DNA from: Nitrosopumilaceae archaeon | Lineage (GTDB): Archaea; Thermoproteota; Nitrososphaeria; Nitrososphaerales; Nitrosopumilaceae | Assembly (NCBI GenBank): GCA_965200155.1 | Contig: CBDATR010000043.1 | Span: forward strand, 32,001-96,000 | DNA length: 64,000 nt | Reading direction: 5' to 3' | Notes under the pieces: generated by a model | Told to the model about the DNA's origin: nothing | The model's input: the letters and a program-made list of their open reading frames with translations, nothing else | Database searches by the model: none | Program-made: the position numbers and the translations under genes | Part shown: one piece after another, positions 54,430 through 64,000 of the stretch | Position numbering within the stretch: position 1 is the first letter of the stretch | Layout of the letters: each line of letters opens with the position of its first letter

Positions 54430-55080
54430 GTACATGTGGTGCCGTGAGAGGCTATGTGAATGAGGAAACGCCGAACATGGAGAGTCATGCACGACTGGAC
54501 TATTCCGGCAAGCTGGTTACACACTCTTTGCAAAAGTGATGAAGCAGGACACAGAAGGGTGTAACCGCTCATTACTGATTGCCATCTCACAGATACGAAA
54601 ATTACGTGACGAGTTAGCTCTCTGCCTGTACTATGCCATTTACCTGATTAGAAAGGCGATAGCCGCGAAATATCTTGTGGGCCGCTCTATTGAGTCATGT
54701 TCGGCCGCCGTCGTACTGCTGGCATGTCGAAAGCACGGTGTGAGTAGGACCATACCTGACCTGGTAAAGGCAACCGGACTTAGACGCCGGGAGATATACC
54801 GCACATACTCACAGATGACCGAGAAGTTTGCTGGCTCACTACCTGATCCTGTCATGTACATACCACGAGTGGGTACTGATGCCGGTATTACCGATAGAGA
54901 TGCCGTTAAGGTGATTCACTCACTGAATGGTGTTGAGGTACCAGTACCCGATTGCTGTTGCCGCGGGCGCACTATTCATGCAAGAGTATGGGTGAAATAG
55001 TGGACAGGGAGGAACTAGCCAAGGCTGCCGGTATTGGGGAAATGACCTTGATCACTATCACAAGGAAACTGCTATCATAA
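54430..55080 (+). pseudogene. tfb: Transcription initiation factor IIB (TFB), degraded
   Basis: RKA....LVGRSIESCSAAVVLLACRKHGVSRTI; P..YIPR; frameshifted EELAKAAGIGEMT tail. Confidence 0.8.
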
Positions 55081-55822
55081 TTTGGTTAACATGGCCTTTA
55101 CCTAGAATCAAACATAGGACTAATGAACGTTCAATTCAACCCAGACGGATTATTACAAGTTCCCGGCGATATATTGACAGGGCTTTCCACTCTATGCGTG
55201 ATGCCGCGAAAGCCGGTGTCACCGTGACGGTTGGTTTTTAATCATTCACTTTGTTCTTGTCATTCTGTCACTCACTCTCTCATTTATTCCCGGATTGATC
55301 AAAGACCCATCCAGTTGAAATCACGCCCGCCATACTAGAATGGTCTCTATATAACCGGATGAAACTGCAGACACAAGGAATACCATCCCTGCAAAGCACA
55401 TCACACCGAACAGAATGGTCCCAATGAATCTCCCGCGTTTCCACTCCTCACCAAAGTTGCGGCGCACACGGACATAGATTAGGTACGGGACCCACACCAG
55501 CAACCCTAGCGTGATGATGAAATTACTACTATTGTTATAATGAGTCTGGTTTATATCCCAGAACAGCTATAAATACCACAGAATCTGCTCGATCATTCCA
55601 CTCCTGTCCATCACTCCCACAAATTTCTCTTGGAATATAAGGGCGGACTGGTTTCGTCTGTATTGGACGCGCCTCGTTGGGCTGGAATATCTGTAAAAGG
55701 GATGGTGAATCCTTCATACCATGGCAGACTAAAGGATATCTCGTTATAGTGAGGAAGAGGAGCCGCATGAAAAAATAACCATAAGCAAGAAAAAACTTGT
55801 AATAATATTCATCATACTGGGA

Positions 55823-56101
55823 ATGTACTTTTTGAACCGGGATGAAATCCTGGACATGTGGGTCATTCATCTCTGGATTGTAATGGATCCGTTCGTGACA
55901 CCCATAACGAGTTTCATCTGGGCATGGTTGGAGTTTGCTATTCTGTGGTTCTTTCTGTCCTTCTTTGACACTCTGGTGCAACTGGAAATAGTATTACAGC
56001 CAGTCCTGACTGATTTTACCGAGGAGGTCAAAGAGTATACCCAAATGGTACACGAGCGTTTGACTAATAGGGTGTTATTAGTGCATAGATATCAAATCTA
56101 G
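55823..56101 (+). CDS. Small membrane protein
   Basis: Hydrophobic W/F-rich ORF. Confidence 0.35.
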   Translation: MYFLNRDEILDMWVIHLWIVMDPFVTPITSFIWAWLEFAILWFFLSFFDTLVQLEIVLQPVLTDFTEEVKEYTQMVHERLTNRVLLVHRYQI

Positions 56102-56481
56102 AGGACTTGTGATTGTTGAGGATGCAATAGAGATTCTAAAAGAATCCGGTTCCACAGATCACCGAAGAGCAGTACAACCGAATGCGTGAGAGAATCTTGG
56201 TCCAATAGCAGATGAGTTAGGAGAACTCAACGAATGACACCCCGAGAAATAGAAGAATACGAGAACTTTTACGTGACTTCAACCAATAATATGGAGCAAC
56301 TTCTGCATAGTTAGGGAACCATTATAGTCCATTTATTGCTGCTAGGGGATGAATACTGATCAAATATCAATACTCGTTTCACTGTTCATTGGAATTGATG
56401 AGCCCCATATCGGAATCATATTTGGAGCTGTTGGAATAGTCACGTGGCACGCCGTTATGACAGGCAGGTACCGCCAGAGCG

Positions 56482-56995
56482 ATGGAGGCGCGGTGGCCGT
56501 GTCTCAATGTTGCCACTATATGCGGTGTTACTAATTTGGTGGCACCACCCCGGCAATATACTGATAGCTGTTGTCGTTCTAGTGTGTTTCATGAGAACAA
56601 TTCGCAGTATTGTGCCGATGGGCATTCGGCTTTTGAATATGACTCGCCTTTTAAGGGAGTGATCAGCTGCCCACACGTGAAGTTAAAAGCTGATGAGGTT
56701 GACCGGATTGTATATGTTTCCCGGGACATATTCTATAATGAGAATCCAGCGCCTGATGTCCTGTACATATTTACACATGATAATATGAGTCTGGGATTAT
56801 ACCGCATAAAAACTACAGGCTGGCGGTATGCGATTTGTCTGTGTATTGAGGCGTATAGATATCATTAATCACAAGAGAAGATTACTACACGCACTGGAGA
56901 ACATGAAATGATTCATGTAATCATTATGGTATTGATGGGCGGTACCCTGCCGAGGCCGGAACGCAAGCCATTCTGGAAGAGGTGGAGACACTGAG
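56482..56995 (+). pseudogene. Possible SprT-like zinc metalloprotease remnant
   Basis: HEMIH (HExxH) lies just beyond a stop; upstream LGLY motif. Confidence 0.3.
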
Positions 56996-57884
56996 AGTAT
57001 CCTGCGTCATTCATGAATCTGTGCCCATATGCCTGCACTGTTCCAGGAAGCAATTCGGTAACTCAATCCATAATCTGGAGAATGGCAAGGGGAACCGCTT
57101 GCGGGCAATCTATTACGGCCTCTCCAGTCCTGTGGACTGTATTGAAGGGTAATTTACTCCCTGACAACTTTCCTGATCAAGAAAAATGCGTATAGTGATG
57201 ACAAGGAGATAAACTTTGTAGTGGACGAGTGTGCTTACTGTCATTCTTGTGCGGTTTCAATGGAGAACAAACTGATATGGAGGTTGACAAACCATTACCG
57301 GATAAGATAAAACTACCCCCGGCGAACAGAATCTCCCACTGCCCAGTCATTGGTGCAGAAAACCCATACAAGAATAACCACTCTACTACCTGGAATCATA
57401 GTAGCGTCATGTATGCTTGGATATGTAGCATTCATGCATGATTCATCCAGTGTTGCCGGAAATGTCATTTTACTCGTAATGGGCGGCGCGTCTACATACC
57501 TGCTACTAATGACGCGGGAGAGGGTCCGCATTACGGGATGTAATGGTAGATAACATTATGATACAAAGTTCAGAGGTGGGTCAAGAGGAAAAATCAGCAC
57601 CCGCATTACGGGACAAGATAATTTATCCAGTCGCGTTCACACTCTTGCTTCACTATTGGTAGAGCCGTGGCTCATTATACCCATGGCAATATTAACAGGG
57701 AGTACCTGGTTCCGCTCGGTGGCTGTAGAAAAGAACATGCGTACGAAAGACATACTGTACAACTATATGATGAGGGTAAACAAATACTGGGAATAGCCAA
57801 ATGGATGCTAGAGAACGGTGCAAGCGAAGTCAATGTAATAGGAGAGTTCAAGCCATTCGTTGAGAACAGATCACCTTTGAGTGT

Positions 57885-58931
57885 GTGGTCAAAAACGGAG
57901 TGAATGTGATAAAAATTACTGCCTTTTTATGGTACCATGAATTACACTATAACATGATAAGAATAAGACCAAATGAATGGTTACATATGGAGTTTAAGGG
58001 TTCAGGTAAGATAAACAACACTCAAAAGATATCAGGAACATTATACATGACCAATAGGAGAGTAGTCATTCAGGGCAGTGACGGTCCCATTTGGACTGGA
58101 CTGATCAAGGATATGACAGTCTCTGTTGAGAATGATATATGTCATATGAAAGTCGGACGTGATGATGTAACATGGAAATCCTCAACCATTCCCGTTTCCT
58201 GGTGGGGCAATGCTATCATGTTCTGGAAGAAGGGAACCATTCTTGCACCGGACGGTGGGGAACCCTCACACAATTACGGGATATACCCGCCTGTCTATAA
58301 TGATATAACAGAATTGCCGGACTTGATAAAAAATTCTGAATGGAATATACGCTGGTATACAAAAGACGAGCTGGAACAATGCGGCATGGGAACGCCGGAG
58401 AATAGTGATGGATTTGAGAGAACCGTATACAAGACCAATCTTATACTGGCTGCATTACGTCATGACGGATTCCCCCAGGGGCCACCAAACACGCATCTTA
58501 GAATGCTCCACCGCCGTCATGCACTAGTCCATGTAACGTATCTGGTATGGGGGTGGAAGCAGGGTATACGACACATGATGACAAGGGTGACCGGTTACGG
58601 CCATTACGCCGGTGACGGACAGATAGCCATGTACCGCCAGCCTCCGGACAAGATGTTCGAGCCAAAGCCGTTCTCCCCTATCAAGAGAGAGTGGCACCAC
58701 GAGATCAATCCCGCGCACTGTGGCGGCCATACATATGAAATTCTGGAGACATGTCATAGAATGTTGCCAATCATTACCAGGGTAGCCGATGAACTACACG
58801 CTGACCCGACATGGCACCCGTACATTAGGTTACGCCAGATATATGAGGCCATACGGGATGACAAGGCCATCCCGCCGCCAGTCAAGGAGGCATTACCATT
58901 GGCACGGGCGGCAACAGATAACCCGTGGTGA
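57885..58931 (+). CDS. Hypothetical protein with N-terminal PH/GRAM-like domain
   Basis: SGTLYMTNRRVVIQ resembles the bacterial PH-domain motif G.L.LT..R..F. Confidence 0.55.
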   Translation: MVKNGVNVIKITAFLWYHELHYNMIRIRPNEWLHMEFKGSGKINNTQKISGTLYMTNRRVVIQGSDGPIWTGLIKDMTVSVENDICHMKVGRDDVTWKSSTIPVSWWGNAIMFWKKGTILAPDGGEPSHNYGIYPPVYNDITELPDLIKNSEWNIRWYTKDELEQCGMGTPENSDGFERTVYKTNLILAALRHDGFPQGPPNTHLRMLHRRHALVHVTYLVWGWKQGIRHMMTRVTGYGHYAGDGQIAMYRQPPDKMFEPKPFSPIKREWHHEINPAHCGGHTYEILETCHRMLPIITRVADELHADPTWHPYIRLRQIYEAIRDDKAIPPPVKEALPLARAATDNPW

Positions 58932-59045
58932 CACTAATGCCGTGGGACGCGAGACCGACCATAATGAAACCGGATGGCTCCGCCATACCGGGAATCATTC
59001 CCGTCCGCCATGAAACTGATTCAGTTCTGGGTGACTAAAACCATT

Positions 59046-59447
59046 CTAATCCCAGAATAGATCACGCTTGAACTGTATGAAAATGGTATCCCCCTTACAG
59101 GAATACTGCCTCTTTGTGTAATTACCCCTCCATATCATTACTTCATCGCCGGGTGTCATATTAGTTGACATCGCTACCGGAAACATTAGCTGCCAGAAAT
59201 GAACCGTGTTATATCCCCTAAACTCCCTGACATTCAGTATGTGTGATATGATATCTTTATTGTGACGTTTCTTGCCCAATCGTAACATCTTTTCGGACTG
59301 AATGCCGAGCCACTGATAGGGGCCAAACTCATTAACAAAGTCACCTGTCATGAGAAGTGGTAATCTCACCTTGAAATAGACTCTGTCGGTTATCTCACCG
59401 TATACCTGCTGCATCTGTATCTTGCGTGTTTTATAATGCCTTGACAT
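59046..59447 (-). CDS. Hypothetical protein
   Basis: 133-aa ORF filling the gap between divergent neighbours; no recognised motif. Confidence 0.45.
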   Translation of the reverse strand: MSRHYKTRKIQMQQVYGEITDRVYFKVRLPLLMTGDFVNEFGPYQWLGIQSEKMLRLGKKRHNKDIISHILNVREFRGYNTVHFWQLMFPVAMSTNMTPGDEVMIWRGNYTKRQYSCKGDTIFIQFKRDLFWD

Positions 59448-59459
59448 ACCATTATACCA

Positions 59460-60542
59460 GTGTGGAGTGGTTTAAAGCTGGTCGAGCACCAGGAAAAGAA
59501 GCGAGAAAACCTGGTACAAGCTATTCTAGCCTATGTGGGGACGGCATCATTTCTTACATACCGTGATGACACCGGCATGGTCCGTTACTCGATGTGCTTT
59601 GATGATCAATATCTCTCATACATTCGCGGTTTGCACGCAGTTGATACGGAACTAGGTGGTGTAGAGATAAAGCCCAGTGACCCGCCCAGTATCTTAGCAG
59701 AATGCCCACTAATCTGGGACATGGAGATGACCGGATTCGGCGCCGCGGAACTCCCGTCCAGTACCGGCAAGCGTTCTGCTACATCCGCCCTTGGTACACA
59801 GATAACCGATATTGCATACCGCCTAATGATATGCCAGCGAGTCCCGTACAGCAGGGTAATAACCGAGTATGTTAACAATGGGGGAAACCCGCAGGGAATA
59901 TGCCGCAAGGTAGCCGGAATGGCCGCACGCGAGGCCGTCTCATTTGTCATGACCGATGCCAAAAATAACACCACCCCCAAGGTGACACCCAAGAAGGAAC
60001 CATACACTCATACCAGAATCATCCTTGGAGCCAGGGACGTGAATCACCTGGAGATATTGCGTGACTCATTCCCCGCGGGTTCCATAAAGAAACGGGGTGT
60101 GATAAAGCCGGAAACTATTCACGGAGTGATAGGAATGCCGCCGCCAGCCAGGTCTGTCCATACGCCTGTCTTTAACGACGAAGAGTTGGGAAAATTGGAA
60201 ATCATACCGACCAGAGTGACAGAAGTGCCCATGCCCTATGGGAGAGCAATCACCAGTACTACCCAGCCCCCCATAAGGTTCCCTGATATCTTATTCTGGG
60301 ATGATAATTCCACCACTCCCGGTTACAGCCCGTTATTCTTGGCCGATGAGAATGGAAATGAGACGGATGATTCCGAGCCTGGTATAATAGGGAATGATTC
60401 TGTTGAGGAACCGAATAATTCGATGAATGGTGAACCCGTTATGGAAGAGCCTGCCACAGAAGAGAGTAGTAGTGGGAATGGTTTCGGTTTTAGAATAATC
60501 AATGGGAAAGAAAGGTTCCCGGTTAGAGTGATTCCCGGTTAG
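59460..60542 (+). CDS. Hypothetical protein with an acidic C-terminal tail
   Basis: 360-aa open frame; no confident family. Confidence 0.55.
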   Translation: MWSGLKLVEHQEKKRENLVQAILAYVGTASFLTYRDDTGMVRYSMCFDDQYLSYIRGLHAVDTELGGVEIKPSDPPSILAECPLIWDMEMTGFGAAELPSSTGKRSATSALGTQITDIAYRLMICQRVPYSRVITEYVNNGGNPQGICRKVAGMAAREAVSFVMTDAKNNTTPKVTPKKEPYTHTRIILGARDVNHLEILRDSFPAGSIKKRGVIKPETIHGVIGMPPPARSVHTPVFNDEELGKLEIIPTRVTEVPMPYGRAITSTTQPPIRFPDILFWDDNSTTPGYSPLFLADENGNETDDSEPGIIGNDSVEEPNNSMNGEPVMEEPATEESSSGNGFGFRIINGKERFPVRVIPG

Positions 60543-60568
60543 AGTGATTCCCGGTTAGAGTGATTCCC
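60516..60568 (+). repeat. 16-bp tandem repeat TTCCCGGTTAGAGTGA x3.3
   Basis: Three perfect units spanning the stop codon of 59460-60542. Confidence 0.95.
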
Positions 60569-60643
60569 TTGAGCCATTCTATCATCCGGGAATTTCTGCA
60601 TGATCTCAATCGTGACTTGCCGGGACCATTTTGTAACATCTGA

Positions 60644-60991
60644 TTGTCCCATAATCTTGATTTTAAATATATAATTCTCGATGAAAACAACGATAGTTTT
60701 TTATCTCATTCTTTGTATATGATCTATTATCACATTGCAATTTTAATCGCCGGTTGTCTTGCAATTCTTGCGTATGGTGTCGTTCTAACATTGGACGTAT
60801 GTTATGTTGGAGTTAGCTCAATTCTTGCGGCTGTTGTTGCACTTATTAATATAATTTGGTACAGGAGCGGCCGTACTATTGTGACGTATTTCTCGATTGC
60901 TTTAACTACAGCGCTGATGGTTCAGAATTTCACAACAGTAGTAGAATCTTTCCTGATCATACCCACAACCATATTACTACCGCAATCGTGA
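60644..60991 (+). CDS. Small multi-TM membrane protein (start probably 60719)
   Basis: Three hydrophobic segments. Confidence 0.45.
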   Translation: MSHNLDFKYIILDENNDSFLSHSLYMIYYHIAILIAGCLAILAYGVVLTLDVCYVGVSSILAAVVALINIIWYRSGRTIVTYFSIALTTALMVQNFTTVVESFLIIPTTILLPQS

Positions 60992-61304
60992 AGCTTGTAC
61001 GCGGTTACATACAGGGACCCCGCCCCATAGAGACGAGTCAATAGACTGTTCGTTCACTCTCTGGTTGTGGTCGTTACCACAAGAATTATTCAATGGTATG
61101 GAATACCTTGGTAAATTCTAAAGAATAGCGCCCGCCATGACTCCTTGGATAAATTTGTTGGAATATAGGTTTCCCCCTACCGCGCTCTCCCAGAACCTTC
61201 CACCGGCATCATTCCAGGAATGGTAACCCCTCCCGCATGGAACTTGATTCTGGTAACAGTAATTCCAGACTCACTTTTTATAACAATAATAATGACTGAG
61301 TAAT

Positions 61305-64000
61305 ATGGGCAAATTCAATGAAGTATTAGAGCAGATACGTCGGGAATCAGGGAATAACAAGGAGCTTGGTGACAAGTTTGAGGTGCTCATGGTGGAGTAT
61401 TTCAAGAATTGTAAGCAGTACGGCTTGGAAGATGTACAAATATGGCCCAAACAAGATTTGGGAATAGATATACTGGCGCATGACAAGTTCGGGGAACGGT
61501 GGGCAATACAATGCAAATGTCATGATGTTGATTCCACATTACAGTATGAGGGAAATGTATCCAATTTGTGGTCTGCCGCCGAAATGAATGGTATACAAAA
61601 CAATAGTCACCACTGCCAAACCCAGCACCAACCTTGAAAAAGTATGTAAACAGACCAATACACATATCATATGAGGATCTCGAATCCGCCAATATAGAGT
61701 GGAGTACTGATATCATTCAGGCACGAGAGCCCCACAAATTATACGAACATCAAAGTGAGGCTTTAAAGGATTGTCTGGACGGGTTCACCAAGCATGATCG
61801 CGGTCAACTCATCATGGCATGCGGTACTGGTAAGACACTAACATCACTCCATATAGCGGAAAAACAAGTCGGGAATAGTGGATTGGTTCTATATCTTGTG
61901 CCGTCCATATCGCTCATAAAGCAGACTATACAAGCATGGTCTGAGAATGCCAACATAGAACATCAGTACATGGTAGTTTGCTCAGACAGTACCGTAAAAG
62001 GTAAGGAGGATATCTCTGTGACTGATATAGTTGGATCAGTGACGACTGATCATGACTTATTGAGGGAGCAGTATGAAAAGACCAATAGCGATGCGCGTTA
62101 TTTTCTGCACGTACCAGTCCGCGGATGTCATAAAGGAATCATTCAGCGGAATGCAGTTTGACTTGATAATATTCGATGAAGCGCATAGGACGGCCGGAAA
62201 ACAGGATAAGAGCTTTGCTCTAGCACACCATGACGAGAATATTAACTCTGCAAAAAGACTCTACATGACTGCAACTCCCCGTATGTACAATCGGGAGGGC
62301 GTGACTGATGGTTATTCCATGGATGATTATAGTATATTCGGTAGACGGTTCCACGAGTTGAAGTTCTCCAAGGCCATAGATACTGGCATACTATCTGATT
62401 ACAAGGTAGTGGGACTTCGTATCTTGGCCGATGATTTGGACAAGGCTAGGGCAGACGCGGGCGAGGCCGATGATTTCACACTGGAGGAGGAGTGTAAGCT
62501 GGCATCAATATACAAGTCCATAAAGCAGCAGGATGAGAGTCTGGAACCAAATCTCCTACAGCGTATTCTAGTATTCCATAATAAAATACCACAATCTAAA
62601 CGATTCGAGATTGCATTTCCCAAGATAGTGAAACGAATGGATGGAGAAGGTGTGGATGTACGTCATATTGACGGGAATAGTCGTGCACGGGACCGCGCGT
62701 CAACCATAGAGTGGTTGAAGAGGGGGGAATCCGATGTACGAATAATATCAAATGTAAGATGTCTATCAGAAGGAGTGGATGTTCCCGCCCTGGATGGTGT
62801 GGTATTCTGCGAGCCCCGCCAGTCAGTAATAGATGTGGTGCAGTCACTTGGGAGAGTAATGCGAAAGTCACCGGGCAAAAGTATAGGATATGTTATAGTA
62901 CCTGTAGTGGTATCTCGTAACGAGGCTATTGAGCATGTTATAAATCGCGATAAATCAAACAAGCTAATACTTCGTATGAGTTCACCTGTGTCTAAATGGA
63001 ACGGGTCATTCTATAACTGATCGCGACAGTTAAAGAGTAACCGGTTACTATTTTGTGCATAAGATTGGAACCGGTTCCAAGACGTGAACTCATACAATAC
63101 TTCAGCTTGCAGATGCATTAAGAGCACATGATGACAGGATAGACCGCTACTTCAATCAGGCGAGACTTGTTTCTGATGGTGGTTCCGGTGGTGAGAGTTC
63201 GGAGCCCGGTATAATAGTGCCGCCGCAAATTGCCAGTATTTTTGATGTCCTGCCTGCAACACTACTCAAGGTCGGATACTATTGGGATGATTACGGGTTC
63301 AAACTGGGTGAGAAAGCTGCCATAGTCGCGATGAAGGCCAAGAATCGCGGTGAAACAGCATTCATAGAACGATTACATAAAGACCTACAAGGTGTAGTCA
63401 GCGATACAATAACGCGAGATGATACTATAGATGCTATTTCACAACATATCGTACTGGCGCCTGTCTTTGAGGCGCTTTTCGGGCAGACAAGTAACCCAGT
63501 TTGGAAGGCGTTTAACCATGTAGCAGAAGAATTAGACTTTAGTACGGAATTAGATGATTTAGAAGAGTGGCACCAATTAATGTGGTACCATGTTGAGAAT
63601 ATAACAAATCCACAGGCAAAGCAGAATGTAATAATCAAGGTATATGGTAATTTCTTTAAGGGATTTGACAAAAAACAGGCCAAGACCATAGTATACACGC
63701 CTGTCGAAATAGTGGATTTCATTATTCAATCGGCACAGTATGTATTGGAGTCAGAGTTCGGAACAGGGTTCGATGGGAATATTCGCGTGTTGGATCCTTT
63801 CGCAGGAACCGGTGTATTTCTGGCTCGGTTGTTAGAATCAGGTCATTTGGGTACGCATCCAGCAGAGATGCTTTTTGGTGAGAACAAGTTATTAGCATAT
63901 TATACCGCGTGCGCAAATCTGGAAACCACAATGGAGAAGGTGACAGGGATTAGCACTCCGTTCATGAATGGTTCATACGTGGATACATTCACAATTCCGC
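61305..64000 (+). pseudogene. Type ISP restriction-modification enzyme with two frameshifts and a MITE insertion; runs off the window
   Basis: DLGIDI..AIQCK; MACGTGKT; DEAH; QSLGRVMRK; after the MITE the frame continues through ALRAHDD, IVYTPVEIVDFI and VLDPFAGTG. Confidence 0.88.
62974..63095 (-). mobile_element. IS66-type MITE (122 bp, three palindromic replacements)
   Basis: TSD AATACTTC; TIRs intact. Confidence 0.95.

Noticed and set aside
1-64000. tRNA or rRNA genes
   Set aside because: None recognised by eye; a tRNAscan-SE or Infernal run would be needed to exclude them

Overview
Archaeal DNA, most likely Nitrososphaerota (Thaumarchaeota), judged from the proteasome alpha subunit, TBP, TFB and a Nitrosopumilus-like aldehyde dehydrogenase. 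It is heavily eroded by mobile elements, as is typical of a host-associated lineage (inference). A few core genes (tatA-like, UbiE-like methyltransferase, psmA) are followed by about 41 kb of defence and IS-rich sequence. That stretch holds Type ISP-like RM genes, a PLD-helicase/MTase pair, an N4/N6 MTase, two MNT-HEPN modules, and IS481, IS3, IS5 and IS66 elements. About 22 copies of a 92-bp MITE share terminal repeats and 8-bp target duplications with an intact IS66 at 37966-39705. The 43.1-61.3 kb region is a MITE-free island with three large paralogous secreted proteins, its own TBP, a broken TFB and a shrunken ribonucleotide-reductase-like protein. The most striking observation comes from comparing repeat copies: 4-6 bp are repeatedly replaced by a stereotyped 12-15 bp quasi-palindrome (RGAAY...RTTCY or RGTAAC...GTTAC). 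Related 11-bp motifs are enriched in the intact island genes. This points to an undescribed sequence-writing break-repair or footprint process. Two RM genes also carry simple sequence repeats that suggest phase variation.
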